DNA from: Snowella sp.
GTDB lineage: Bacteria; Cyanobacteriota; Cyanobacteriia; Cyanobacteriales; Microcystaceae
Assembly: GCA_035285545.1 (NCBI GenBank)
Contig: JAYKGY010000145.1
Span: 1-22,987, forward strand
Direction of reading: 5' to 3'
DNA: 22,987 nt
Position numbers and translations under genes: made by a program. Position 1 is the stretch's first letter. Every line of letters begins with the position of its first letter. Below are positions 8,039-17,978 of the stretch, in pieces. The notes beneath the pieces were generated by a model. The model was given only the letters and a program-made list of their open reading frames with translations. It did no database searches and had not been told where the DNA came from.

Positions 8039-8872
8039 TTGGCTAAACAGCGTCTAGATATGTTATTAGTTGAGCGGAATCTCTGTAATTCTCGCACTTT
8101 GGCTCAGCGACTCATTCGGGCAGGAGAAGTCAAAGTTAATCAGCACGTTATTGATAAGCCTGGGACAGAAGTTGATTTAAACGCCTTGATTGAAGTAGCC
8201 GAAAAGCCGCCCTATGTTTCTAGAGGGGGTGAAAAGTTAGCCAAAGCCCTTAATGAGTTTCACATTGCGGTAGAAGATCGAATTTGTTTGGATGGCGGAA
8301 TTTCAACGGGCGGATTTACAGATTGCCTATTACAAGCGCGCGCTAAACGGGTTTATGGGGTTGATGTGGGTTACGGACAAGTTGCGTGGAAGTTACGGCA
8401 AGATGAACGGGTTATTTTAAAAGAACGTACCAATTTTCGTCATTTGACCCAAACCATGCTCTATGGGACAGATTTGCCGGCGGATTTAGGGGTGATGGAT
8501 CTGTCGTTTATTTCCTTGAATAAAATTTTAGACCCCCTTTGGAATTTGTTAATTGAGCCGAGAGAGGTGGTGTTATTAGTAAAGCCACAATTTGAAGTGG
8601 GGCGATCGCGGATTGGTAAAAATGGGGTTGTGCGAAATCCGAGCGATCAGGCAGACGCTATTGAACAAGTCATTAAAACCGCTCAACAACAAGGCTGGTA
8701 TTATCAAGGTTTAACGTTTTCTCCTATTACCGGGCCTGCGGGGAATGTGGAATATTTATTATGGCTGAATTGCCAAACTCAAAACCCTGTTCCGAAACTA
8801 ACGCAAATCCAAGAAATTACCCAACAGGCGTTTTATACGCTTCATCATCGCATCATAACCGCTGAAAACTAG
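8039..8872 (+). CDS. tlyA: TlyA family rRNA 2'-O-methyltransferase (S4 + FtsJ domains)
   Basis: KQRLD..L N-terminal S4 domain, YVSRGGEKL, DGGISTGGFTDCLLQ, DVGYGQ, LVKPQFE, SPITGPAGNVEYL. Confidence 0.95.
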   Translation: MAKQRLDMLLVERNLCNSRTLAQRLIRAGEVKVNQHVIDKPGTEVDLNALIEVAEKPPYVSRGGEKLAKALNEFHIAVEDRICLDGGISTGGFTDCLLQARAKRVYGVDVGYGQVAWKLRQDERVILKERTNFRHLTQTMLYGTDLPADLGVMDLSFISLNKILDPLWNLLIEPREVVLLVKPQFEVGRSRIGKNGVVRNPSDQADAIEQVIKTAQQQGWYYQGLTFSPITGPAGNVEYLLWLNCQTQNPVPKLTQIQEITQQAFYTLHHRIITAEN

Positions 8873-8895
8873 GTAGATTGACATTAAATGTGGCG

Positions 8896-9300
8896 TTAAT
8901 TAATTAAGGTTTCTTTAGACGCATCGTGAGGAGGATCTTGGGTGGGAGGAAGTTGGGCTTTCTGCATTTTCGCTAAGTGCCGTTTAGCAGGAGAATCTTC
9001 CGGCTCGATATTGATTTGGATTTTCGGTCCAGAACTCGCTAATCGAACAATCATGCCATCAATCACAGGCACTTTAGTAATCGCTTGACCATTGACATAG
9101 GTTCCGTTTGCTCCCACGTTGACTGCTTCCCAGCCCGATTGCACCCGCCTAATTTCCAAATGATGGCGAGAAACAACAGCACTGTAAAGTACAACATTAT
9201 TATCGGCTGCTCGTCCAATTCGCACTAATGTTTCGCTTTCAAATGTCCAATTCTGAACGGGAACAGCTTTTCCTGGCAATAACAAAGTCAGAGTAATCAC
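8896..9300 (-). CDS. FHA domain-containing protein
   Basis: IGRAADN...VVSRHH...NGTYVNG FHA signature; GTG start. Confidence 0.9.
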   Translation of the reverse strand: MITLTLLLPGKAVPVQNWTFESETLVRIGRAADNNVVLYSAVVSRHHLEIRRVQSGWEAVNVGANGTYVNGQAITKVPVIDGMIVRLASSGPKIQINIEPEDSPAKRHLAKMQKAQLPPTQDPPHDASKETLIN

Positions 9301-9462
9301 TGAGATTCAAGTTTAAAACCTTTGCTTCCTAATTATAAACTGAGTGTCTACACAAACTCACTCGCGTAATCACTGATTAAATAGAGGAGATATTATGTTC
9401 TGAAAAAACTTTTTCTCCTCTAAAATCGGGAGGATTAATCTCCTGACCAAACAGCGAGGAAA

Positions 9463-9738
9463 TTAGTGTAAGGCTCCAGTACTCGCTAGGCCCAAAACAA
9501 GACCTGCGCCTAAAATATGGCCAAAGCTCATCGTTGCTAACAGCTCAGCTAATCCAAAGGGTTTCTTGGAGGCAAGTTGGGGAACGGGTAAACCTTGGCT
9601 CTGACCTGGATTTTTAATAGCAAAATAACCAATAAACACTGCAAAAAGATTAGCGGCACTCATAATGATTCCGACGGAGGGAGTCCAGTTAATGGTTGTC
9701 GGTGTGATTTCAGCTAATAACATCAACATCGTATGCAT
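9463..9738 (-). CDS. psaK: Photosystem I reaction centre subunit PsaK (PsaK2-like)
   Basis: WTPSVGIIM..N.FA..IGYFAI...PQLASKKPFGLAELLATMSFGHILGAG.VLGL. Start reassigned to ATG 9738, which has AGGAGA upstream. Confidence 0.92.
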   Translation of the reverse strand: MHTMLMLLAEITPTTINWTPSVGIIMSAANLFAVFIGYFAIKNPGQSQGLPVPQLASKKPFGLAELLATMSFGHILGAGLVLGLASTGALH

Positions 9739-9873
9739 TGAGTAATGTCTCCTAGACAGCGATAATTTTTTTATAAACACTAGGAATTATAGAAATCTCT
9801 TTCCCCAAAGGTGGGATTTTGTTTGAATACTTAACATTTGAGATACTTAAGACATAGATAGCGATGGAAGATT

Positions 9874-10497
9874 ATGCGAATTAAGATTTGTGGTATTCGA
9901 GAGGTGGATCAAGGCAAGGCGATCGCCCAATTGGGGATTAAAACGCTAGGATTGATTTGTGTCCCGTCCTCTCCCCGCTATGTCACCATCGAACAAAGTC
10001 AACAGATTTTACAAAATTTACCACTAGGAATTCAAACCATTGGGGTATTTGCAAATGCAAGCTTAGAAACCATTCGACAGGTTGGGAGTGAAGTTGGTTT
10101 TACGGGCATTCAATTGCACGGTAACGAATCCCCCGAATTTTGTCAGCAGATTAAGCAGCTTTTTCCAGAACGCGAAATTATTAAAGCCTTACGTATTGCG
10201 TCTGTTGAATCTTTAGCTCAAGCAAGCCACTATTTTTCTGTTGTGGATACTTTATTATTAGATGCCTATCATCCTCAACAATTAGGTGGAACGGGTCAAA
10301 TCCTGCCTTGGGAAGATTTGGGGAATTTTTGTCCCCCCTGTCCCTGGTTGCTCGCCGGTGGACTTACGCCGGATAATGTGGGTAAAGCCTTGAGCTATTT
10401 AGACCCCGATGGCATTGATCTCTCTAGTGGGGTGGAGCGATCGCCGGGTAATAAGGACTTAGGCAAAGTCGCTAAATTGTTAGACACCTTTAAATAA
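9874..10497 (+). CDS. trpF: Phosphoribosylanthranilate isomerase
   Basis: [46 protein letters not shown] motifs. Confidence 0.97.
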   Translation: MRIKICGIREVDQGKAIAQLGIKTLGLICVPSSPRYVTIEQSQQILQNLPLGIQTIGVFANASLETIRQVGSEVGFTGIQLHGNESPEFCQQIKQLFPEREIIKALRIASVESLAQASHYFSVVDTLLLDAYHPQQLGGTGQILPWEDLGNFCPPCPWLLAGGLTPDNVGKALSYLDPDGIDLSSGVERSPGNKDLGKVAKLLDTFK

Positions 10498-10691
10498 AGA
10501 AAAACCTTTAAAGATTTTGATTTAAATTCAATGGGAATTCTAAAAAACTGGGAATAGATTCCCCTCATTCAAGAAACCGAATTAACCGATGAAACCCTAA
10601 TGGCAAAATGCTCGACGCTCCCCTTAGAGCCACAAAATCTATCCCTAAAATCAGTCCAAAAATGAAGAAATCATCATATTTTAAAGAGCCT

Positions 10692-10710
10692 CTTAACCAA
10701 CTCTTTACCA
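10692..10710 (+). promoter_or_regulatory. Cyanobacterial Pho box (SphR binding site)
   Basis: CTTAACCA-ACT-CTTTACCA: two PyTTAAPyPy(A/T)-type 8-mers with a 3-nt spacer, ~80 nt upstream of pstS, followed by a TAGTAT -10-like hexamer at 10719. Confidence 0.75.
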
Positions 10711-10791
10711 ATACTGGATAGTATTTACTGTAAAATTAGCTACGTTTCAAGATTTTAATCATTACAAGATTCCAATCATTACCATTATTTT

Positions 10792-11955
10792 ATGCTTATT
10801 TCCAGTCGTTTCAGACATTCTGCCTATCGGTTGGTTTCTTCGGTGTCCTTATTGGCACTGACCCTGGGCTTAGCGGCTTGTGGTGGCGGCCAAACCGATA
10901 CGACAAATACTGGTGAAACAACCGCGCCAACGGAAAATCAATCTGCGAGCGCGCCTATCAAAGTAGATTTAAAATCTGATGTTGCCCTAACGGGGGCTGG
11001 AGCGACCTTTCCGGCTCCGCTTTATCAAAATTGGTTTGTTCAACTCAACGGTTTAATTCCTCAAATTCAAGTAAATTACCAATCCGTTGGTAGTGGGGCG
11101 GGTGTGGAACAATTTACCAAGGGAACGGTTGACTTTGGGGCGAGTGATGTCGCCATGAAAGATGAGGAAATTAGCAAAGTCAGTAAAGGGGTTTTAATGT
11201 TACCCATGACCGCCGGTAGTGTGGTGATCGCCTACAATTTACCCGGTGTAGAAGGGCTAAAAATCTCTCAAGCCAACTTAGCGGATATTTTCTTAGGAAA
11301 TATTACAAAATGGAATGATCCCAAACTGGTCAAAGATAACCCAGACGCAAAATTACCCGATACGCCGATTACTGTCGTTCACCGTTCCGATGGAAGTGGA
11401 ACCACCGCTGTCTTTACTAAATACCTCAGTGCGATTAGTCCCGAATGGAAGTCTGCGATTGGCGATGGCAAAAGTGTTCAATGGCCCACCGCGAAAGGTA
11501 AATTTATTGGCGGTAAAGGCAATGAAGGGGTAACCGCTTCTATTCAACAAAATCAAGGTTCCTTGGGCTATATCGAGTATGGTTACGCTAAAAATAACAA
11601 CATAACGATGGCGAGTCTGCAAAATCAAGCAGGACAATTTATTGAACCCAATGATGCCAGTGCGGCTGATACGTTAGCCAATGTGACGCTGCCTCCCGAT
11701 CTGCGGGCATTTATCGTTAACCCCGAAGGCGAAAAATCCTATCCGATCGTGACCTATAGCTGGATTTTGGCCTACAAAACCTACGATGATCCCGAAAAAG
11801 CAAAGGCGATGGAAGCGATGATCCAATATGGTTTAACCGAAGGGCAGAAGCAGAGTGCAGAACTGGGATATGTTCCTTTGCCCCCAACCGTTGTTGAGAA
11901 AGTTGCGGCGGCAGCGGATGTTATTAGCCCGGATTTTACCATTACGGTTAAATAA
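10792..11955 (+). CDS. pstS: Phosphate ABC transporter substrate-binding lipoprotein PstS
   Basis: Lipobox LAAC; GAGATFPAPLY, YQSVGSGAG, DFGASD, HRSDGSGTT, YPI motifs. Confidence 0.97.
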   Translation: MLISSRFRHSAYRLVSSVSLLALTLGLAACGGGQTDTTNTGETTAPTENQSASAPIKVDLKSDVALTGAGATFPAPLYQNWFVQLNGLIPQIQVNYQSVGSGAGVEQFTKGTVDFGASDVAMKDEEISKVSKGVLMLPMTAGSVVIAYNLPGVEGLKISQANLADIFLGNITKWNDPKLVKDNPDAKLPDTPITVVHRSDGSGTTAVFTKYLSAISPEWKSAIGDGKSVQWPTAKGKFIGGKGNEGVTASIQQNQGSLGYIEYGYAKNNNITMASLQNQAGQFIEPNDASAADTLANVTLPPDLRAFIVNPEGEKSYPIVTYSWILAYKTYDDPEKAKAMEAMIQYGLTEGQKQSAELGYVPLPPTVVEKVAAAADVISPDFTITVK

Positions 11956-11962
11956 CTCGCAG

Positions 11963-11999
11963 GTAGTGAATATTAATCTCAATAATGTTCACTACTTTT
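11963..11999 (+). terminator. Stem-loop after pstS (partial terminator / mRNA stabiliser)
   Basis: GTAGTGAATATTA-atctcaa-TAATGTTCACTAC-TTTT: 13-bp stem with one G-U pair, then a U tract. Confidence 0.7.
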
Positions 12000-12053
12000 A
12001 AATTTTGTTTAAACGGTAACCCCCCTGATCATCTTCAAAATCTCAAAATCTGC

Positions 12054-13010
12054 ATGAGTTCTCCGAATGTTGTCTCGAATAACCCCATTAAATCGCGATC
12101 GCCGTTAGAAAAATTGTTTGAGCAGGGCTTTCGTTGGTTGACCTTAAGTTTTGCGGTGGGTATTGGTTTAATTCTGGTATTTATTGCTATCGTCATTGCC
12201 ATTGAATCTCTCCCCGCTTTACAACAGTATGGTTTAGGCTTTCTATTTAAAACGGACTGGGATCCCGTCAAAAATGTCTATGGAGCCTTACCCGTTATTA
12301 CAGGGACTCTCATCAGTGCGTTATTGTCCCTTCTCATTGCCGTTCCGTTAGGATTGGGAACTGCGATTTTACTCAGTGAAGATTTTATTCCCGTTAATAT
12401 TCGCACTGTTTTAGTTTTCTTGGTGGAGTTATTAGCGGCTATTCCCAGTGTGGTTTATGGATTGTGGGGAATTTTTGTTTTGATTCCCCTACTGAAGCCA
12501 ATGGGATTTTGGTTAAATGGAAATGTCGGTTGGTTGCCAATTTTTAGTACCGCTCCCGCCGGGCCAGGAATGTTACCCGCAGGGGTTATTTTAGCCATTA
12601 TGATTCTTCCCATTATTACGGCGATCGCGCGGGATTCTCTTGCTTCCTTACCTCCTGAATTACGTCAAGCCTCCTTGGGATTGGGGGCGACTCGTTGGGA
12701 AACGATTTTTCGAGTATTAGTGCCTGCGGCTTTCTCAGGAATTGTCGGGGGCATTATGTTAGCGTTAGGGAGAGCAATGGGGGAAACGATGGCAGTCACC
12801 ATGATTATTGGGAACTCAAATCAGCTAAGCCCTTCCCTATTAGCACCTGCAAACACCATTGCATCTTTGTTAGCCAATCAATTTGCTGAAGCCTCTGGAA
12901 TGCAAGTTTCTGCTTTGATGTATGCCGGTTTAGTGTTAATGATTTTAACCTTAATTGTTAATATTTTAGCTGAGTTAATTGTGAATAAAGTGAAGGCAAA
13001 ATATAACTAG
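12054..13010 (+). CDS. pstC: Phosphate ABC transporter permease PstC
   Basis: WDP....YGALP.I.GTL, VELLAAIPSVVYGLWG, LGATRWE, RAMGETMAV. Start moved to ATG 12054 because the ATG at 11985 lies inside the post-pstS hairpin. Confidence 0.95.
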   Translation: MSSPNVVSNNPIKSRSPLEKLFEQGFRWLTLSFAVGIGLILVFIAIVIAIESLPALQQYGLGFLFKTDWDPVKNVYGALPVITGTLISALLSLLIAVPLGLGTAILLSEDFIPVNIRTVLVFLVELLAAIPSVVYGLWGIFVLIPLLKPMGFWLNGNVGWLPIFSTAPAGPGMLPAGVILAIMILPIITAIARDSLASLPPELRQASLGLGATRWETIFRVLVPAAFSGIVGGIMLALGRAMGETMAVTMIIGNSNQLSPSLLAPANTIASLLANQFAEASGMQVSALMYAGLVLMILTLIVNILAELIVNKVKAKYN

Positions 13011-13094
13011 TCAATAGATAGATAAGAGTTGTTATAGTAGCGCAGTTGTTATTACTTAATAGATCAAGAAATAATCAAATTCTAAGATAATTTT

Positions 13095-13991
13095 ATGCAA
13101 AACGCAGAAAATGCTATTGATTCCCAGAATATTGGCAATCAACTCAAAAAGAAATCAGGGAACCCCCGCTCTTTATTTGGTTTAATCATGACGGGATTAG
13201 CCATTGCCTGTCTGGTTATTACCTTGATTCCGCTTTTTTCGGTTTTAACCTACGTTATCGCCCAAGGGATCAGCTATTTAAATTTAGATTTATTAACCAA
13301 GTTACCACCGCCCCCAGGTTTGAAAGGGGGAGGGGTGGCCAATGCCATTATCGGAACACTCATTGTGGTTGGCTTAGCCACAGCGATCGCGGTTCCCATT
13401 GGGGTCTTAGCCGCCGTTTATTTATCGGAATTTAGTAATAATAATCAAATTGCCCGTTGGGTTCGTTTTGCCACCAATATTTTGAGCGGTGTTCCCTCGA
13501 TTATTGCGGGGATTTTCGCTTACGGTTTATTAGTCGCCAGTGGTATTATTGGTTTTTCGGCGATCGCGGGAGGAATTGCCCTCTCGGTTTTAATGTTACC
13601 GACCATTATTCGGACAACGGATGAAGCCTTACAAATCGTTCCCCAGGATATTCGCTGGGCAGCCTTAGGTGTGGGAGCTTACAATTTCCAATCGGTTTTA
13701 TTTATTGTCTTACCGGCGGCTTTACCGTCGATTTTAACAGGAGTCACCTTGGCGATCGCCCGTGCAGCAGGAGAAACGGCTCCCCTAATTTTTACGGCGT
13801 TGTATTCTAACTTCTGGCCCAGTGGGTTAAATAAACCGATCGCGACCCTTGCCGTATTAGTGTATAACTTCGCCACTGTGCCTTTTAAACCCCAACAGCA
13901 ATTAGCTTGGGCCGGTTCACTTTTACTGGTTTTCTTGGTGTTAATCTCCAGTGTCTCTGCGCGGTTAGCGACCCGACGGAAAGTTTATTAA
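13095..13991 (+). CDS. pstA: Phosphate ABC transporter permease PstA
   Basis: GG.ANAIIGTL, LSGVPSII.G.F, LAIARAAGETAPL motifs. Confidence 0.96.
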   Translation: MQNAENAIDSQNIGNQLKKKSGNPRSLFGLIMTGLAIACLVITLIPLFSVLTYVIAQGISYLNLDLLTKLPPPPGLKGGGVANAIIGTLIVVGLATAIAVPIGVLAAVYLSEFSNNNQIARWVRFATNILSGVPSIIAGIFAYGLLVASGIIGFSAIAGGIALSVLMLPTIIRTTDEALQIVPQDIRWAALGVGAYNFQSVLFIVLPAALPSILTGVTLAIARAAGETAPLIFTALYSNFWPSGLNKPIATLAVLVYNFATVPFKPQQQLAWAGSLLLVFLVLISSVSARLATRRKVY

Positions 13992-14081
13992 TAAATTTAA
14001 TTCAACACAAAAGAAGAACGCTACTCAACAAGCTGATTTTCCCTATCCCAACGCTAAAAAAAATAATCTTTAGGAGCTTTT

Positions 14082-14888
14082 ATGCAAGATACGCTAGATC
14101 CCATAACGGAAATGAAAACAGTTATTAATGTTGAAAATATTGATATTTATTACGGCAGTTACCGCGCAGTACGAGACGTTTCCTTAGGAATTCCGAAAAA
14201 TCAAGTAACGGCATTTATTGGGCCATCGGGTTGCGGAAAAAGTACCATTTTACGTTGCTTTAATCGGCTCAATGATCTCATTCAAGGTTTTCGGGTGACG
14301 GGGAAAATTTCCTATCACGGTCAAAATCTCTACGACAAGGATGTTGATCCCGTTGAAGTTAGAAAGCACATTGGTATGGTTTTCCAAAAACCCAATCCGT
14401 TTCCCAAAAGTATTTTTGATAATGTGGCCTACGGTGCCAGGGTCAATAAATTTAAGGGAGATCTCGCCGAATTAGTGGAAACCTCCCTCCGTCGTGCCGC
14501 CCTTTGGGATGAAGTCAAAGATAAATTACAAGCCAGCGGTTTTTCCCTTTCCGGGGGGCAACAACAACGGCTTTGTATTGCCAGGGCGATCGCCATGCAG
14601 CCAGAGGTTTTATTGATGGATGAACCCTGTTCTGCCCTTGACCCCATTTCTACTTTAAAAGTGGAAGAATTAATGCATGAACTCAAGGAAAAATACACCA
14701 TTGTGATCGTGACCCATAATATGCAACAAGCAACACGGGTTGCCGATGTGACAGGATTTTTTAATGCAGAAGTAACGGACAAAGGCAGTAAAGTCGGATA
14801 TCTGGCTGAGTTTGATAAAACAGAAAATATTTTTGGCAATCCTCAGATTCAAGAAACCAGAGATTATGTCAGCGGTCGATTTGGTTAA
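14082..14888 (+). CDS. pstB: Phosphate ABC transporter ATP-binding protein PstB
   Basis: [55 protein letters not shown]. Confidence 0.97.
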   Translation: MQDTLDPITEMKTVINVENIDIYYGSYRAVRDVSLGIPKNQVTAFIGPSGCGKSTILRCFNRLNDLIQGFRVTGKISYHGQNLYDKDVDPVEVRKHIGMVFQKPNPFPKSIFDNVAYGARVNKFKGDLAELVETSLRRAALWDEVKDKLQASGFSLSGGQQQRLCIARAIAMQPEVLLMDEPCSALDPISTLKVEELMHELKEKYTIVIVTHNMQQATRVADVTGFFNAEVTDKGSKVGYLAEFDKTENIFGNPQIQETRDYVSGRFG

Positions 14889-14961
14889 ACCCCTAATCAT
14901 GACGGGATGTTTTGATTGGAAAAATAAGTTTTAATTTTTGATTCAATAGAGAGAAATAACA

Positions 14962-15768
14962 ATGACTATGACCAATACAAATAATGGGATTACAGAAGCC
15001 GTTTTACGGGCCAAAAATGTCAACGTTTATTATGGTTCCCATCTCGCGGTTAAAGAAGTTTCTCTCGATATTCCTGAACGCCAAGTAATCGCTTTTATTG
15101 GGCCGTCGGGTTGTGGGAAAAGTACCCTATTGCGGTGTTTTAATCGCATGAATGATTTAGTGTCCAGTGCCCGCATTGAAGGACAAATTACGTTTCGGGG
15201 TCGGGATATTTATGCCGCTAAAGTTGATCCCGTTGGATTGCGGAGTTCCATTGGCATGGTGTTCCAAAAAGCGAATCCTTTCCCAAAATCAATTTATGAA
15301 AATATTACCTTCGGGGCCAAATTAAATGGCTATACGGGGGATTTAGATGAATTAGTGGAAACTTCGCTGAAAAAAGCGGCTCTTTGGGATGATGTGAAAG
15401 ATAAACTCAAACAAAGCGGTTTAGCCCTATCCGGTGGACAACAACAACGGCTTTGCATTGCTAGAGCGATCGCGATTCAGCCCCAGGTCATTTTAATGGA
15501 TGAGCCTTGTTCTGCCTTAGACCCCATTTCTACCCTAAAAGTTGAAGAATTAATTCACGAATTGAAACAGCAATATACCATTGTGATTGTGACCCATAAT
15601 ATGCAGCAGGCATCACGGGTATCGGATATGACGGCCTTTTTTAATGCAGAAGCAACGAGTAAAGGCTCTAAAGTGGGCTATTTAGTTGAATATGACCAGA
15701 CTGGCAAGATTTTTCAAGATCCTGCCCAACAAGTCACCAAAGATTATGTTAGTGGACGGTTTGGTTAA
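14962..15768 (+). CDS. pstB: Second phosphate ABC transporter ATP-binding protein PstB (paralog)
   Basis: Same PstB motifs; tandem paralog. Stop shares TTAA with the convergent methyltransferase gene. Confidence 0.97.
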   Translation: MTMTNTNNGITEAVLRAKNVNVYYGSHLAVKEVSLDIPERQVIAFIGPSGCGKSTLLRCFNRMNDLVSSARIEGQITFRGRDIYAAKVDPVGLRSSIGMVFQKANPFPKSIYENITFGAKLNGYTGDLDELVETSLKKAALWDDVKDKLKQSGLALSGGQQQRLCIARAIAIQPQVILMDEPCSALDPISTLKVEELIHELKQQYTIVIVTHNMQQASRVSDMTAFFNAEATSKGSKVGYLVEYDQTGKIFQDPAQQVTKDYVSGRFG

Positions 15769-16631
15769 GCACTTTTCGTCCCCATGAACTGCCAGAGTTG
15801 AATTTCATAACATAAATGTTTATCAAAAATTTGACTGGCATTGAGTCCTTCAATAATGACTTTTTTAAACCAACGCTCATAAATCCAATTAAGCAAATAA
15901 TAAAGGGGGGGGACTGCAATTTTAAGAACATTGGCGATATATTCCCCTGTACTCAAGCCATATTGACGAAAAACTTCAACGGCTAAATCTAACGTCGGCG
16001 CAACTTGTTGAGAAATATCTTCCCGTTTAATTAATTCAAATCCAGCTTGGGATAAGGCTTCTGCCAGTTCTTCCACATCATGGCAGTTGGAAAAAATGCC
16101 CTGGGTATAGTTGGCATCCGTCCGCAACATATCCGCTAATAACAGATAACCGTCCGGTTTTAGGGCTGCTGCTGCACTCTTGGCAATATCCACTGCCGCC
16201 ATATATTGACTACTTTCACTTAACATCACCACATCATAGGCTTGGGTTGCTTGAAAGTCTTCAAATTTGCTGAGATAAAACTTCGCCTTGCCTTGGGTTT
16301 TCTCCAGAAATTTTTCCTGCTGAAAGGGATCGGGCGCTAACCCATCAACCTTTAAACCTTGGTTTAATAAAAAAACGGCATTTCCCCCAATACCACAGCC
16401 CACATCTAATAAACTCTCGGTGTTTGGGGGTAAAAAACTTAATAACTTTTTAGAATAGGCTTCTTGAGCAATCCGTAATCTAAACAGCGATCGCTCCTCT
16501 GCTGAAGTGGGTAAAGGTTCCCAATAGCCATAGTGGAGATAGGGTGAACCTGTTAATTGCAGATAATAATTGAGTGCCGCGTTTTGGTAGCGGGTTACTG
16601 ATGATGCAGTAGGAGATTGCTCTTTAGGCAT
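15765..16631 (-). CDS. Class I SAM-dependent methyltransferase (LHYGYW-type, sterol/tocopherol MTase-like fold)
   Basis: LHYGYW N-terminal motif, [10 protein letters not shown] motif [12 protein letters not shown]. Substrate unknown. Confidence 0.85.
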   Translation of the reverse strand: MPKEQSPTASSVTRYQNAALNYYLQLTGSPYLHYGYWEPLPTSAEERSLFRLRIAQEAYSKKLLSFLPPNTESLLDVGCGIGGNAVFLLNQGLKVDGLAPDPFQQEKFLEKTQGKAKFYLSKFEDFQATQAYDVVMLSESSQYMAAVDIAKSAAAALKPDGYLLLADMLRTDANYTQGIFSNCHDVEELAEALSQAGFELIKREDISQQVAPTLDLAVEVFRQYGLSTGEYIANVLKIAVPPLYYLLNWIYERWFKKVIIEGLNASQIFDKHLCYEIQLWQFMGTKSA

Positions 16632-16743
16632 TGAAATGAATAAATAATTAATATTAAAGTTAATCGTGAAAAATCAAAGATTGATCGCCAATCGTCAAAA
16701 AGTTTACGCTAAAGCCTTTAAAGTATAATCTTTTCTTGTTCAA

Positions 16744-16917
16744 TTATGGCTTTACTTCTTTTTTAGCTAACTTCATTCCAGAAATATCATCAAATTCCGC
16801 TATTGTAGCGATCGCCGATTGTTTAGATTTGGGAGCATGTCACCTTTGCAACCAAGGGTCATAGAGCAAGTGAACCATGAAGATAAGCACAGCAATGGGC
16901 AAAAAATTAACGTAAAC
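16744..16917 (-). pseudogene. Possible scrap of an FtsH/AAA+-like gene
   Basis: Translates VYVNFLPIAVLIFMVHLLYDPWLQR*HAPKSKQSAIATIAEFDDISGMKLAKKEVKP*. This is a TM segment followed by an FDD(I/V)xG...AK.E motif like the pre-AAA segment of FtsH. Confidence 0.3.
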
Positions 16918-17002
16918 CTATAACTTGCGCTGTAATTCGTGGCTTTATGCCGTAAGGAGTTGATTTATCGTAATATTTGCCTATTTGGTTAGTGGGGAAT
17001 AA

Positions 17003-17240
17003 CTAATCGGAAGTTTCGTTGTCTTCGAGGTCGGGGCAATAAAGGAATTCTCGTCATCAATATCAACGATGTTATGCAGAAACCTATTCATGAGTGCTAA
17101 GCGTCGGGTATCGGCAACAATTTCATTACCGCTAAAGGTTCGCTTTTTGAGGAATTCTTTTTGTTCTCGGTCTAATCTGTGATGTCGCCTTTAACGTCTG
17201 CCCCTAGCATCACCCAATTTTTTTCATCGATTTTGAACAT
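17003..17240 (-). pseudogene. hsdM: Internally deleted type I restriction-modification HsdM (N6-adenine MTase) relic
   Basis: Three out-of-frame segments: KIDEKNWVMLGADVKGDI / RLDREQKEFLKKRTFSGNEIVADTRRLALMNRFLHNIVDIDDENSFIAPT / LEDNETSD*. The first two match HsdM segments flanking the GQYFTP and DPACGTG motifs, which are missing. Confidence 0.8.
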
Positions 17241-17365
17241 TTTACAGGGCTAATCCAAGAGCACCAAAGCTTTTGATCATTATCAGCAATCTTTACCTTT
17301 CAGAAAAGTAGTAGGCGACCGTTCTGACGAAGTTAATACTCTCAATCATATTGGTTTTCTTGAGT

Positions 17366-17806
17366 TTAATCTGCCCTCCCAGGATAATCTTCAGAAGATT
17401 CGGGTTCTAATTCCCAGCGATCGCGATCGCGTTCGATGAGCTGATCATGGGTTTGTACTTCCTCGTCTTCATCTTCCCTATCAAGACCTACCGACTGGAG
17501 TATATCATCTGTCACATTCTGATCCGGCGTAGGCGTATCGCCCCCAATCGCTTCTTCTCCTGACACTTCCGCTTGATACCAATTATCATCCACATCTCCG
17601 CCCGTCACATCAGGCTGGGAAAAATAAGTGGCTTTTAACTCATTAATTGAGTAACTTTTCCCTAAGTCGCGATCGGACAAACTCGCGAGAGCTTCCTCTT
17701 TTATATCAGCATCTGATAGATCTTCCAATAAAACTTCATCGTTTAATAAATCAATATCTTCCGTCTCAGAATGATCGAATTTGGTGGGGTTAAAGTTGCT
17801 GTCCAT
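17366..17806 (-). CDS. DUF6335 family acidic protein
   Basis: TGGDVDDNWYQA..SGEEAIGG.TPTPDQNV.D..., RDRDRWELEPES motifs. Start probably ATG 17806 (MDSNF); the ORF track extends to 17830. Confidence 0.75.
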   Translation of the reverse strand: MDSNFNPTKFDHSETEDIDLLNDEVLLEDLSDADIKEEALASLSDRDLGKSYSINELKATYFSQPDVTGGDVDDNWYQAEVSGEEAIGGDTPTPDQNVTDDILQSVGLDREDEDEEVQTHDQLIERDRDRWELEPESSEDYPGRAD

Positions 17807-17978
17807 TATGATATGAATTCCCAAAATCACTAATTAACAAATCACAATTGATCAAGTTTTGTGACTATTTTGATGCTAAACAATTTCGACAAAACTGTGA
17901 TTTAACTTCAGGAAGATGACAGAAAATCATTTTCCAAAAAAGATTACAATTAAAAAAGATTTAATGTGAGAACCCATC

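Noticed and set aside
9382..9422. TAGAGGAGA...TCTCCTCTA inverted repeat containing an RBS-like sequence and ATG-TTC-TGA
   Set aside because: The ORF is only two codons with no downstream plus-strand gene; more simply a 3' structure of the psaK transcript.
9827..9850. ATACTTAA direct repeat between psaK and trpF as an HLR1/RpaB site
   Set aside because: The period of 16 nt and the sequence do not fit the 10-nt-period HLR1 motif; plausible by chance in AT-rich DNA.
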